From the IMG/VR virus record IMGVR_UViG_2703718839_000008: a stretch of DNA of 42,613 nucleotides, one strand, 5' to 3'. Within the stretch, counting starts at the first letter, position 1; each line of letters starts with the position of its first letter. Below are positions 1 to 8,099 of this stretch, one piece after another. Under the pieces are notes generated by a model. That model was not told the origin of the DNA. It searched no databases and was given only the letters and a program-made list of their open reading frames with translations. A program made the position numbers and the translations under genes. The DNA comes from a virus. Lineage: Duplodnaviria; Heunggongvirae; Uroviricota; Caudoviricetes.

Positions 1-708
1 ATGTGGGTCAATAAGTATATTGACGATTGCACTGATGAGGATTTAAACGATCGTGACTTTATTGCATCAGTTGTTGACCGGGCTATTTTTCATTTCGCGA
101 TTAATAGTATATGTAATCCTGGGGATAATAAAGATGCAATGCCCATTGAACAATGTACTTTTGATGTAGAAACTAAGAATGACCTTCCCTCCACGGTTCA
201 GCTATTTTATGAGGAATCTAAGGATAATGAACCTTTAGCGAATATACATTTTCAAGCAATAGGTTCTGGTTTTTTAACGTTTGTTAATGCCTGCCAGGAA
301 CATGATGACAACAGCTTAAAATTATTTGCTTCGCTGTTAATTTCACTTTCATATTCTAGTGCCTACGCAGATTTATCAGAAACAGTGTATATTAATGAAA
401 ATAATGAGAGCTACCTGAAAGCTCAGTTTGAAAAATTATCTCAACGTGATATGAAGAAGTACCTGGGAGAGATGAAGCGTCTGGCTGATGGGGGAGAAAT
501 GAATTTTGATGGCTATCTGGATAAGATGTCACATCTGGTGAATGAAGGAACGCTCGATCCTGATATTTTAAGCAAAATGCGAGATGCTGCACCACAATTA
601 ATTAGCTTCGCGAAGTCGTTTGACCCAACCTCAAAGGAAGAGATTAAAATACTTACAGACACTTCTAAATTAATTTATGATTTGTTCGGGGTTAAATCGG
701 AGAAATAA
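1..708 (+). CDS. Host-flank hypothetical protein, 235 aa; by size and position upstream of dusA possibly YjbM
   Basis: Full ORF starting at base 1, followed by a hairpin and T-tract; AT-rich. Identification is by context and length only, not sequence recall. Confidence 0.45.
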   Translation: MWVNKYIDDCTDEDLNDRDFIASVVDRAIFHFAINSICNPGDNKDAMPIEQCTFDVETKNDLPSTVQLFYEESKDNEPLANIHFQAIGSGFLTFVNACQEHDDNSLKLFASLLISLSYSSAYADLSETVYINENNESYLKAQFEKLSQRDMKKYLGEMKRLADGGEMNFDGYLDKMSHLVNEGTLDPDILSKMRDAAPQLISFAKSFDPTSKEEIKILTDTSKLIYDLFGVKSEK

Positions 709-749
709 TATGTGAAGTTCTTCGATAGTATGGAAGGCATTATATAAAA

Positions 750-778
750 GGACCCAATATTTATTGGGTTCTTTTTTC
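750..778 (+). terminator. Rho-independent terminator after the 1-708 gene
   Basis: gacccaata / tattgggtt stem followed by TTTTTT. Confidence 0.6.
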
Positions 779-1070
779 TCTATCAATGCTATTAGCAGGG
801 AGATATATCACCAGAGTTTAATGTGTGATTTTTTATTTATCGTCGAACCTGGATTGTTTATCATTGGCCTTAACAAAGTTAACGGCTAATAAGATTATTT
901 CCATCACTTCGTGAGAGCTTCATGCCTTGAGAGGATCTCAATTTTCTTTTGCAATGAGACAGGCGCTTCCTGTTGTTATGGTATAGTACCCCGCTATTGA
1001 GCCTCCTGAATAGTGATGCTGAATAACATAACCCCATGATATATCGATAAAATAATCTCTACATTTGAAA

Positions 1071-1193
1071 ATGCACGGTAATTCTGAAATGCAAAAAATC
1101 AACCAAACCAGCGCAATGCCTGAAAAAACTGACGTTCACTGGAGTGGTCGGTTTAGCGTTGCACCAATGCTCGATAGGATGTACCGTTTTTGA
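1071..1193 (+). pseudogene. dusA: Displaced original 5' end of dusA (first about 35 codons) left at the prophage junction
   Basis: Translates MHGNSEMQKINQTSAMPEKTDVHWSGRFSVAPMLD then diverges (RMYRF, stop); near-identical to the N-terminus of the intact dusA at 41200. Confidence 0.85.
1161..1176. other. attL core region (crossover within dusA codons ...APMLD)
   Basis: Host-like sequence ends at gcaccaatgctcgat; the same atgctcga core is found at 41296-41304. Confidence 0.6.
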
Positions 1194-1318
1194 AAAACAA
1201 GTAGTTATACACTTTGTGGGAGCCTATTGGGAACCCGGTGTTTTCATTTCAAGGTGTAATCCATGCCGGGCATCAGAATGAGATATAATGAGATTTTTAG
1301 TGTTCCGCTTGAGAGTCT

Positions 1319-1855
1319 ATGATGCTTACCCTAGACGAGATAGGTCAATCTGTACGTAACAATATCCAGTTGATTATTGATCATGTCGGCTTACCTCTTG
1401 CTGTTGGTCCGCTCAGTGATGATGATTACAAGATTCTGTGTGGTGGCTATGGTGAGCTTGAATGGGACTATGCGTTAAGCACCTATGGCAACTCCAGAGA
1501 AAAGTATGAGTTCTGCATAAAACTTGTTCAGCAAGGTCGGGTTCAGGGAATACCATCAGGAGCAGCAATTTGTGTTTATGGGGTTGAAGAAAACATCTTT
1601 CGTATCCATATGATCGAAAGGTTTTCTAGAGAAGATGAATCTCACCCATTGAAAGGGCGCATGGTTTTACTCACTCTTATGAGTGCTTTTATATTTTGTA
1701 AAGCTGTTGAATGTAAAGTTGTCCACATTGTAGAGCCAGTACCAGAACTGGTGCAGTATTACGAGTCTTTTGGTTTCCGCATGGAACAGTGCGGTTATGT
1801 GATGTCTGCAGTCATTGATGAGCTGCAGGATATCTTTCTTAAATTTGCTCAGTAG
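1319..1855 (+). CDS. Cargo protein, 178 aa, possible GNAT-like acyltransferase fold
   Basis: ORF just inside attL; C-terminal ...VVHIVEPVPELVQYYESFGF resembles the GNAT C-terminal motif; no confident family match from memory. Confidence 0.4.
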   Translation: MMLTLDEIGQSVRNNIQLIIDHVGLPLAVGPLSDDDYKILCGGYGELEWDYALSTYGNSREKYEFCIKLVQQGRVQGIPSGAAICVYGVEENIFRIHMIERFSREDESHPLKGRMVLLTLMSAFIFCKAVECKVVHIVEPVPELVQYYESFGFRMEQCGYVMSAVIDELQDIFLKFAQ

Positions 1856-2051
1856 GTATAGACGAGAAGGGTCTACAAATTGTAGGATACCCGTCCAGAT
1901 TACCTTAAAGGTACATCTATGGCAGTCGTTTTGTGCTTAAACTACTAAGAAACGATGTCACCAATCGACATGATCGATTGGCATAAGTTAGCGAAACAAG
2001 CTAGCTTTAAAGAGAGGGTTAGAGACGCCTTTACTGTCTCGGGAGTTTTCT

Positions 2052-2225
2052 ATGAAAGATCAAAAAGCAACCAAGCCACAGGTTAAGTTCGACACAATGA
2101 AAGCATTCGCAGGTATGGGTGCTGCTGTTGAAGTTCTGATGAAGGCTGCTCCTAATGCGTTCACTCACGCTACTGTCTCTGGTAAAGAGCAGCAGGGTAA
2201 GCTTCGTCGTCGCAAAGCAGCATGA
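2052..2225 (+). CDS. Small basic protein, 57 aa, hypothetical
   Basis: ATG with GGGAG RBS; MKDQKATKPQVKFDTMKAFAGMGAAVEVLMKAAPNAFTHATVSGKEQQGKLRRRKAA; followed directly by a strong terminator. Below the ORF-track size cutoff. Confidence 0.35.
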   Translation: MKDQKATKPQVKFDTMKAFAGMGAAVEVLMKAAPNAFTHATVSGKEQQGKLRRRKAA

Positions 2226-2244
2226 TCATAGCTGGTGCTTTTTG

Positions 2245-2272
2245 AAAACCCGCCTTTAGGCGGGTTTTTTCT
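2245..2272. terminator. Bidirectional rho-independent terminator
   Basis: aaaacccgcc-ttta-ggcgggtttttt; A-tract and T-tract flank a GC stem; sits between convergent transcription units. Confidence 0.7.
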
Positions 2273-2554
2273 TTAGTGATGTTCTTTGCCCTTCTGTTTG
2301 CTTGTTCTGACCTGTTCCCACTCGATACGCCCTTCTTCCCGTCTTTTGTCAATATATTCCGCAAGATCCTGAATGTTGATGCAGCGTTTTGCTTTTTGTG
2401 ATGTACCGATGCGATATGTAGGTACAGGCAACTTACAAGCGTTTGCTTTTGCTTCTGCTGTGGCTGGACTCATACCAAAGTATTTTTGACTAACTGCTGA
2501 GAGTTCAATGTTAGGGGTATTGAATTCAGCCATCAGTAAAAACAAGGTGTTCAT
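2273..2554 (-). CDS. PrtN/AlpA-like small DNA-binding protein, candidate excisionase or regulator
   Basis: MNTLFLLMAEF...MSPATAEAKANACKLPVPTYRIG...LAEYIDKRR recalls PrtN-family/excisionase-like phage proteins; start chosen at the ATG with a GGAG RBS. Confidence 0.5.
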   Translation of the reverse strand: MNTLFLLMAEFNTPNIELSAVSQKYFGMSPATAEAKANACKLPVPTYRIGTSQKAKRCINIQDLAEYIDKRREEGRIEWEQVRTSKQKGKEHH

Positions 2555-2590
2555 AATTTTCTCCATCAAAACCGGCTGCACCCGGGAAAA

Positions 2591-3163
2591 TCATAATTCT
2601 GTGCTGGTGGCAGGAATTAATTTCTGCCAGATAGCGGAAACATATTTTGCCTGATGACGGGCATCGGCCAGGGCGTTGTGCCGTTCGCCATCGAAAGGCA
2701 TGTCCATTTTGGGGTCGAATCCGATGGAACGCCCAAGCGTAACGATCGTGCGTACATCGTGGTCATTCCAGTATGCCCACGGGCAGATTTGTCCTGCTCG
2801 CTCGTAAGCTCCACGTAAAATTACGTTGTCGAAGGTGGCCCCGTTACCCCAGACTTTTAAATATTTTGTATTGTCTGCATGCTGATTAATGAAATGGCTC
2901 AGTTCAGAGAGTGCATCGCTGATCGACAAAGTATCATCAATACAGATTGCAGCTCGTGCTTCAGAGCTCTGTTTCAACCACCACAGGATGGTATCGCCGT
3001 CAGGTGTAGCTCCTTGCTTCATAGCACTGTCCAGGCTAACAACCGTATAGAATTCTTGTCCGATGTCTCCGGTTTCTGGAGTGAAGAACACCGCGCCAAT
3101 GGAAACGATCGGTGCATCCTTATTTTTCCCCATCGTCTCAAGGTCGATCATTAAGTTGTTCAT
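2591..3163 (-). CDS. DEDD-type 3'-5' exonuclease (DnaQ-like fold)
   Basis: MIDLETMG...WGNGATFD...H..ALADA pattern of DnaQ-like exonuclease motifs; stop/start overlap with upstream gene. Confidence 0.6.
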   Translation of the reverse strand: MNNLMIDLETMGKNKDAPIVSIGAVFFTPETGDIGQEFYTVVSLDSAMKQGATPDGDTILWWLKQSSEARAAICIDDTLSISDALSELSHFINQHADNTKYLKVWGNGATFDNVILRGAYERAGQICPWAYWNDHDVRTIVTLGRSIGFDPKMDMPFDGERHNALADARHQAKYVSAIWQKLIPATSTEL

Positions 3164-3972
3164 CACTTCACCTCTTGTGATGGTTTTGCTGCAAAATACT
3201 CGATACCTTTATCCCAGATAGATTTTATGGTCGACCACGTGACTGGCACTTTAATTTCAATACGTCCGCTCCCGTCACAGGTATCGCAATCATCATCGCC
3301 AAAGCATTCCAGGCAGCTTATAAACGTAGTTTCTGAAAATTCACCGGATAGCGCCCCCTTAGCGCCGTTCTCGGCTGTTAGTCTCTTCGGCACCATAACC
3401 CAACCATCCGGAGTTACCGGAGAGTTGCCAGACAGTGCGTTCTGCAATCGTTCCAGCTTAACGTATTCCTGAACCCTGTTTCCGTCGCACGCCTGAAGCC
3501 ATTGCACAGCCTTTTGCGCATCAGTGTGAAAGGCACAAGTGCGACCGTCATCAAATTGCATTTCGTAGAGGTCAGCAACCTGTTTAAACTGCGTTTGTGG
3601 CAACTTGTAAGCCTGGCTTGCAGGTACGGCACCATAGAGCATGGCAGCGCGGCAGGCGTTCCAGCCTTCATCAAAACCGACTATGCCATTATTTAAAGAC
3701 GGACGAGCATCTGGCACCACCGGCACTGGCTTGGCTATATATAGCGGCTGAACATACCAGCCCTTTGATAACCAACTGTCAGCAATGTTTTTACTCCTGG
3801 TTATTGCCGGAATACCTAAGCCATTGTCTGAATGCAGCCATGCCACCGGATCCTCTTCCAGCGATGCCAGAGCAATTTCATAAGCACGGCGCTCAACATT
3901 GTCTCGCACGTCCATGCTGCTGATTCGTTCTTTGATTTCTTTAATCAGTTCTTTATCGGTAAATGTGGTCAT
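3163..3972 (-). CDS. Hypothetical early protein, 269 aa, with C-terminal Cys cluster (zinc-ribbon-like)
   Basis: ORF translationally coupled on both sides; C-terminal CLECFGDDDCDTCDGSG. Confidence 0.5.
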   Translation of the reverse strand: MTTFTDKELIKEIKERISSMDVRDNVERRAYEIALASLEEDPVAWLHSDNGLGIPAITRSKNIADSWLSKGWYVQPLYIAKPVPVVPDARPSLNNGIVGFDEGWNACRAAMLYGAVPASQAYKLPQTQFKQVADLYEMQFDDGRTCAFHTDAQKAVQWLQACDGNRVQEYVKLERLQNALSGNSPVTPDGWVMVPKRLTAENGAKGALSGEFSETTFISCLECFGDDDCDTCDGSGRIEIKVPVTWSTIKSIWDKGIEYFAAKPSQEVK

Positions 3973-4334
3973 TATGCTCCAGCCTCCGGTGCTTTTGGCA
4001 TTACTGCCCAGTGAGTGATGTTGACGTTTTCAAGGTCCCCGACCTGAAATATCCACTGCCATTCTCCGGTTTCTTTTTGCCCCCATGTATACCAGAGAGA
4101 ACGCCAGCCAATCAGCCAGCCTTCTCCATTAGCATCAAATAACAGAACACTTTCATTTGCTGGTGGCAGTTCAGCTGACACTGGTATTATTTTGTTTTCC
4201 AGTGCCGTACATTTAGCTTCAAGCGCATCGAATTTACGTACCAGGTACTCAGCATTTGTTTCGTTCACTTTCAGATCTCGCGGTACACATTTCCCGCGAA
4301 GAAACCCTTCCATTTCGAAAACATTCATGCGCAT
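3972..4334 (-). CDS. DUF551-like phage protein (YfdS-like, 120 aa)
   Basis: Trp-rich C-terminus EGWLIGWRSLWYTWGQKETGEWQWIF; size and position match the CPS-53 yfdS slot. Confidence 0.55.
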   Translation of the reverse strand: MRMNVFEMEGFLRGKCVPRDLKVNETNAEYLVRKFDALEAKCTALENKIIPVSAELPPANESVLLFDANGEGWLIGWRSLWYTWGQKETGEWQWIFQVGDLENVNITHWAVMPKAPEAGA

Positions 4335-4861
4335 TTGCGTAACTCCGATAACTCGTTAAAACGTTCCATAAACATCCCGTAGGCATGGCCTGGTGACAGT
4401 GGAATAACTTTGAACATCTCTGTCGCCGGGATACCTTCCAGTACAGGCCAGAAAGAGCCATCATCAAGCCCGAGATCGCGGCGTTCGGTTGCCAGCATAA
4501 TGAGATCGGCATATTTCACTGGCGTGCTCATAACAGGAGGTAACCCGTATTTCTCACGGATTACGGCGTCTATTTTTTCTTCCATCCGTTTATAGTCAGG
4601 AAGAAGGCGTTTCAGTGGTGCGGGGATGTCCTGGCAATATGCTTCTGTTGCATCATGCATTAACGCTTCAAAAGCAAATTCCTGCGGTACCAGCTGGCTG
4701 CAAAGCACCGCATGTTGGGCGACGCTGTAGAAGTGTGAAAGATGTCCTGCAAAGCGACAGATATTTGAAAGGGAAACCGCGACATCGTTAATAACGATGT
4801 CGTCTTTATTTATCCTGTCATAATAAAAATGCTTCCCGGAAAAAGTTTTAATAAATGACAT
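4325..4861 (-). CDS. HD-domain phosphohydrolase (YfdR-like 5'-nucleotidase family), 178 aa
   Basis: H..H and HD motifs (FAGHLSHF..., MHDATEAY); GGAG RBS before MSFIKTF; size matches YfdR. Confidence 0.6.
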   Translation of the reverse strand: MSFIKTFSGKHFYYDRINKDDIVINDVAVSLSNICRFAGHLSHFYSVAQHAVLCSQLVPQEFAFEALMHDATEAYCQDIPAPLKRLLPDYKRMEEKIDAVIREKYGLPPVMSTPVKYADLIMLATERRDLGLDDGSFWPVLEGIPATEMFKVIPLSPGHAYGMFMERFNELSELRKCA

Positions 4862-4988
4862 TTTATTCTCCACGTATATGCGCTGCACCGCGCTGAATTC
4901 TGGTAAAAGGAAGCCCTCACTATCCGGCGATTATTGAGTAAATTATGTTTCCATAAATGCCCCCGCAGGGGCATTTGCAGTAATGAAA

Positions 4989-5813
4989 TCAGGCGGTGAA
5001 AGTACCAATAAAGGTTTCTACTTTGCTGTCTTTAAATTTCTCAACAAGCAGATCACGAAATTCGTTAGCCATTTCTTCCTGCACCGCTTCCAGCTGAATA
5101 ATGCGCAGAACCAGTACAGGACGATCGCCAGTGATAATGCTGAGGCGTAATTTAAACGGACGTTCTTTAAGGCCTTCAAACGGAACGCATTTAAATTCAA
5201 ATGCCACTGGCATAATGTCTTTGGTCTTCGCTTCGACAGACTCCATCAGGGAGCGTTTGCCGCTGAAGTCATTATCTTCAAAATCAGCGGTCTGGTTTGC
5301 TTCAATCGTGATTTTACGGACTGCCGCAGCCGCTTTTGTTGCCTGAATGGCGTCACCATTCGCATCAAAGCCCACAAGGTAGTCGGCCCAGTCTTCAATC
5401 CATTCTGCCAGTGACTTCTGGGAGTTACGCTCGCCGTTAACAGACAACAGAGCAGAGAACGGTGCTGTCTTTTTCAGTTTGAGAGTGGCGGTGTTATCTG
5501 CGTGACCTGGTTCATCAATAGTACCCAGGTTAAGCACACTAACGGCACGCATATTATCAGCATCGATAAAGCAGCGGGTGCCTTCATCTGCAAGATCTTT
5601 AGAATAACGGGTAAAATCATCGATGCTGGCAGTGGAAAGCGCGCCACGGAAACGGAAGCGATTTAAATTAAATTTTTCCAGATCATGAATGCGGAAATTC
5701 TCAGGCAATGCCACAGCATCGGCACCAATCTTACTGATAATTTCATTAACACCCTGAGCAGAAATAAGGGCATGGATTTGATTAATTGCGGTTGAGTCTA
5801 AGTTCTGAGACAT
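4989..5813 (-). CDS. DUF2303/YfdQ-like phage protein, 274 aa
   Basis: Length and operon position match CPS-53 YfdQ; GAGGA RBS. Confidence 0.5.
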   Translation of the reverse strand: MSQNLDSTAINQIHALISAQGVNEIISKIGADAVALPENFRIHDLEKFNLNRFRFRGALSTASIDDFTRYSKDLADEGTRCFIDADNMRAVSVLNLGTIDEPGHADNTATLKLKKTAPFSALLSVNGERNSQKSLAEWIEDWADYLVGFDANGDAIQATKAAAAVRKITIEANQTADFEDNDFSGKRSLMESVEAKTKDIMPVAFEFKCVPFEGLKERPFKLRLSIITGDRPVLVLRIIQLEAVQEEMANEFRDLLVEKFKDSKVETFIGTFTA

Positions 5814-5878
5814 AATAAGTCCTCACTATATTAAGATATTCAGTGATGAGATAAATAATCAGTTAATTAAGAACGATA

Positions 5879-6241
5879 TTAATGACCTGCTGCGCGGAGT
5901 TTTCCGTCAGGTTCACCGGCAAGAGTCAGTAATTGTCCCTGGTCTTCCTGCAGAATAGTCAGGCGACCACCGCGATTGACATACATCGGCGTTTCGGTGG
6001 TGTCTTCTTCGGAAATTTTCCCGCGGTTAGTCGGGCGAACATATGAGAGTTTGTGTTTGATTTTCACACGGTTCTCATCAAATGGTTCGATTTCCAGGTT
6101 GAGTGAGACCTTCCCTTTGGTTTTCGTGTTCATCACACCGGAAGCGACTTCACTGAGAACTGCGCCGATTTTGGTTTCAAATACGCCGCCGTCCAGCTCC
6201 CCGATAAATGCCTGCACATCAGTACTGCGTTCGCTAGCCAT
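5879..6241 (-). CDS. YfdP-like hypothetical protein, 120 aa
   Basis: Internal ATG (MASERS...) with GAGGAG RBS; the longer ORF-track N-terminal extension runs through the GC-rich leader and is not protein-like. Confidence 0.55.
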   Translation of the reverse strand: MASERSTDVQAFIGELDGGVFETKIGAVLSEVASGVMNTKTKGKVSLNLEIEPFDENRVKIKHKLSYVRPTNRGKISEEDTTETPMYVNRGGRLTILQEDQGQLLTLAGEPDGKLRAAGH

Positions 6242-6289
6242 TTTGCTGCTCCTCATCATATCGACCCTGCAAGGTCGGTTGGTTTCTCC

Positions 6290-6560
6290 ACAAAACAGAG
6301 AAGAACACCTGCGGTGGCAGCCGCCCGGATGGATTGGGTTATGAGCCCGTCGTCCGGTGATGCTCTTCTCTGTTTTGTAAAAAGAGCGGTACCAGCCGGA
6401 AGCAAGTGTACAAACTGGTACCGCGAGGACTACACACAGCATAAAGTTGTGGTGCCGGGTGCCTCCCGGTGCCTGGCGAAGGTTGCACACCAGGCGGGTG
6501 GGTATCCACAGAAGGTCGACTGTCAGCCTCAACCTTAACCCGCGTGCGCTGAGCCGCATT
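6290..6560 (-). promoter_or_regulatory. GC-rich structured leader in the leftward early transcript; candidate cis-acting RNA (antitermination or processing element)
   Basis: Long-range inverted repeat caaaacagagaaga (6297-6310) / tcttctctgttttg (6373-6386); perfect hairpin ggtaccag...ctggtacc (about 6399-6433); boxA-like CGCTCTTTTTACAA on the minus strand; no credible ORF. Confidence 0.35.
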
Positions 6561-6678
6561 CACCACAACGCTAAGGATTCTCTCTGGTTGAAAATACTTA
6601 GCTGTTATGTGCCTGTCTTTTCACCACTTCAGGCTCGGTGGTATCCTTTTAAGCCCGTATACATAAAAGGAAAATCAA

Positions 6679-6924
6679 ATGACTTTTGATGAAAAAGAAC
6701 TTGATAATGCAATTAATAAAATCATCGTAACGTCGCTCTTTTCCTGTCTCAGCGACACTCAGCAGAAACAGTTCTACGAATCGGCTTTCAACATGATCGA
6801 GCGTTGTTGTTTCTGCGATGCCGACGAGTTACCTGAAAAAATCAGGAAACAGTTGGCTGATGCTCTTCGAGTGCGACTTTCTGACCAATTTTCTGAAATG
6901 TGCTCTCCGAATTTGGACAAATAG
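6679..6924 (+). CDS. Small hypothetical protein, 81 aa
   Basis: ATG with AAGGA RBS; plausible helical protein; convergent with and overlapping the 6842-7117 minus ORF, so one of the two may be spurious. Confidence 0.35.
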   Translation: MTFDEKELDNAINKIIVTSLFSCLSDTQQKQFYESAFNMIERCCFCDADELPEKIRKQLADALRVRLSDQFSEMCSPNLDK

Positions 6925-7117
6925 AAAAAGGCCATTTCCATTCAGGGTCTGATGGAAATACTTCAGCCTGTTCCAAAGCACGGCGTAAAGAGAATACAAC
7001 TCCAGCCATAATCTGATGTTTCCCATTGGTCCAGCTATCGCCGCTCTGATCTACAGGAGCGGCTATGTCGTATGACCAAACGACTTCACCACTATTGTTT
7101 AAAATCTGGACTTTCAT
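6842..7117 (-). CDS. Small hypothetical protein, 91 aa, first ORF downstream of pL (N / nun / rex-equivalent position)
   Basis: Starts about 115 nt downstream of the predicted pL start site; GGAGG upstream; overlaps the plus-strand ORF by 83 nt. Confidence 0.35.
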   Translation of the reverse strand: MKVQILNNSGEVVWSYDIAAPVDQSGDSWTNGKHQIMAGVVFSLRRALEQAEVFPSDPEWKWPFSICPNSESTFQKIGQKVALEEHQPTVS

Positions 7118-7234
7118 TTTGTTCTTTAACCTCCAGATACGGGCGTTTAATGGCCCCGCCGAACAGCTCTTTTCCGCAATAGCTGCAATGTCTTTCGCGC
7201 ATCAGCCTGCGCATTCACCACAACTCTAAAAACA

Positions 7235-7264
7235 AATGTAGGATATCCAACATGTGAGTGTCAA
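7235..7264 (-). promoter_or_regulatory. pL-like early leftward promoter
   Basis: Minus strand TTGACA (7264-7259), 18-bp spacer, TACATT (7240-7235), overlapped by an operator; mirror image of pR. Confidence 0.5.
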
Positions 7265-7288
7265 GAGTTTATGTTGGTTATCCTACAT
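7236..7288. promoter_or_regulatory. OL operator sites (two 18-bp near-palindromes)
   Basis: atgtaggatatccaacat (7236-7253) and atgttggttatcctacat (7271-7288), the same motif as at OR. Confidence 0.6.
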
Positions 7289-7301
7289 AAAAAGATAGGC
7301 T

Positions 7302-7330
7302 CATAAAAAAACCGGGGATACCCCGGTTTT
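7302..7330 (-). terminator. Rho-independent terminator downstream of the repressor gene
   Basis: accgggg-ata-ccccggt stem followed by TTTTTTT on the minus strand. Confidence 0.6.
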
Positions 7331-7350
7331 GCGATAGTGAGGAAGATGTG

Positions 7351-8004
7351 TCAAAAATCCATTATTACTTGTTTGACAAGACCAACTATTCTGCAGTTCT
7401 CACCGCATTCAATAGTTTTATAGTTAGGATTTAGTGGGACGAGATACCTGTTCGGCCAGTCCTCAACAAATTTTTTGAGTGTCGCTTCTTGCCCACCATT
7501 GATATGGGCAACAACGATTTTTCCGTTAATACACTCTGTATCAATAATATCTGGCTCTACGATAACGATAGAACCTTCTGGTATCGATGGTGAGCCGAGG
7601 GGATTGGTCATTGAATCACCACGGACCCGTAGTGCAAATGCCATTTCTGATACAAGGGCGGTAGTATAAACCCACTCTTCAGCATCTTCTTTCCTGACAC
7701 CAGGCTCCGTCATTGTCCATGAACCCGCCTGAACCCACGAGATGAGGGGGACTTTTTTAACTGCGAATATTTCAGGTTTTAGATTTATCTTTGGTTCAGG
7801 CGAGCCTTTTCCGCTAACAAGCCACAGAGGATCGCATTTAAGTGCGTTGGCTAGGGCTTGAAGGTTGGCTCCATTTGGTTGGTAGTCGTCCTTTTCCCAT
7901 CCAGTAACCGTGACACGGTTCACACCAGTCAAATCAGCCAGTGCTTGTTGTGTCAGGTTCAGTTCTTTTCGCCTTTGGCGAATACGATCACTCATGTTCA
8001 TCAT
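7351..8004 (-). CDS. CI-type prophage repressor (N-terminal HTH, C-terminal S24 LexA-like autopeptidase)
   Basis: N-terminal ...LNLTQQALADLTGVNRVTVTGWE HTH; C-terminal GDSM Ser and downstream Lys; divergent from the Cro-like gene with operators between. Confidence 0.85.
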   Translation of the reverse strand: MMNMSDRIRQRRKELNLTQQALADLTGVNRVTVTGWEKDDYQPNGANLQALANALKCDPLWLVSGKGSPEPKINLKPEIFAVKKVPLISWVQAGSWTMTEPGVRKEDAEEWVYTTALVSEMAFALRVRGDSMTNPLGSPSIPEGSIVIVEPDIIDTECINGKIVVAHINGGQEATLKKFVEDWPNRYLVPLNPNYKTIECGENCRIVGLVKQVIMDF

Positions 8005-8067
8005 GTAGGCAATCCTACCACATGCCCATGTAGGATTCTTGACATTGGTATGTTGGATATCCTACAT
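8003..8067. promoter_or_regulatory. OR operator cluster (three sites)
   Basis: atgtaggcaatcctacca (8003-8020), atgtaggat half-site (about 8029-8037), atgttggatatcctacat (8050-8067). Confidence 0.6.
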
Positions 8068-8068
8068 T
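8039..8068 (+). promoter_or_regulatory. pR-like early rightward promoter
   Basis: TTGACA (8039-8044), 18-bp spacer, TACATT (8063-8068), overlapping an operator. Confidence 0.55.
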
Positions 8069-8099
8069 TCTGCTTAACGTAATTTAACGGGAGACAGAA

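Noticed and set aside
5879-6559. 226-aa ORF-track extension of the yfdP-like gene
   Set aside because: The N-terminal 106 residues are Arg/Pro/Cys/Gly-rich and cross the GC-rich structured leader; an internal ATG with a strong GAGGAG RBS gives a 120-aa product.
6314-6689. Plus- and minus-strand ORFs (74-80 aa) inside the GC-rich leader
   Set aside because: Low-complexity Pro/Arg/Gly-rich translations in every frame, consistent with a structured RNA rather than coding sequence.
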